A stretch of DNA of 64,000 bases, taken from assembly GCF_009914755.1 (NCBI RefSeq), contig NC_060946.1. The stretch is one strand, 5' to 3'. The notes beneath the pieces are model-generated. The model was not told the DNA's origin. It made no database searches and saw nothing but the letters and a program-made list of their open reading frames with translations. Positions 63,526 to 64,000 of the stretch are shown here, one piece after another. Within the stretch, counting starts at the first letter, position 1; every line of letters begins with the position of its first letter. The stretch comes from the human T2T-CHM13v2.0 reference genome, Homo sapiens. The translations under genes were made by a program, and so were the position numbers.

Positions 63526-64000
63526 TCCTTATCTTAGGCGAATTTGTCTTGGTCCCAGGACAACTAGGAAGAATTAGGTGAAGGATGGAGGAGTTCTCTA
63601 AAGGAAGGGGGTTGGGGGAGGTCAAGGGAAGACCTCCGTATTATTTTTCTCTTCCTCATACATTTATTTATTTAGAGACGGAGTCTCCCTCTGTCGCCTA
63701 GGTTGGAGTGCAGTGGCGCGATCTCGGCTCACTGCAGCCTCAGCCTCCTGAGTACCTAGGATTACAGGTGACCGCCATCACGGCCGGCTGATTTTTGTAT
63801 TTTTAGTAGAGACGGGGTTTCACCACTTTGGCCAGGCTGGTCTCGAACTCCTGATCTCAGGTCATCTGCCTGCCTCAGCCTCCCAAAGTGCTGGGATTAC
63901 AGGCATGAGCCACCGCACCTGGCCATCCTTTCTTTTTAATGTCTATAGAGTATGTCTCCTTCACATGTTACCTACTTAAACATTTTCTTTTTTGAGACAG

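Noticed and set aside
63170-63625. 151-aa and 108-aa minus-strand ORFs over the SNU13 promoter
   Set aside because: Non-ATG starts upstream of the likely TSS in GC-rich DNA; explained by exon 1 and its flanks

Overview
Human (primate) genomic DNA, recognisable as the DESI1-XRCC6-SNU13 locus (chr22q13.2 from recall). It contains the first coding exon of DESI1 (minus strand) head-to-head with XRCC6/Ku70 on a shared CpG-island promoter. XRCC6 is complete: non-coding exon 1 plus 12 coding exons, which I joined at GT-AG boundaries into 1830 nt = 609 aa + stop. SNU13/NHP2L1 (15.5K) lies convergently on the minus strand, with an ATG-only first exon near 63.33 kb and two coding exons (128 aa). The rest is very Alu-rich and includes a full-length antisense SVA with TSD, L1 fragments, MER2/Tigger/MER20/MER44 DNA-transposon relics, LTR relics, a Y3 RNA retrocopy, a U6 retrocopy and an LLPH retrocopy with an intact ORF. 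There are no tRNA, rRNA or CRISPR features, and I see no convincing new multi-gene system. The best leads are hypotheses. (1) XRCC6 exon 12 reads in frame through the last intron into an intact L1 ORF2 CX3CX7HX4C motif. (2) SNU13 intron 2 holds a candidate poison exon with a hairpin over its acceptors and K-turn-like words around it. (3) The LLPH retrocopy carries a same-strand poly(A) signal inside SNU13. (4) There is an orphan CpG/CTCF/NRF1 element between the convergent genes. (5) One Alu has a twin-priming-type inversion. (6) There is a very recent Alu-Alu tandem duplication. Repeat subfamily names and boundaries are by eye and approximate.
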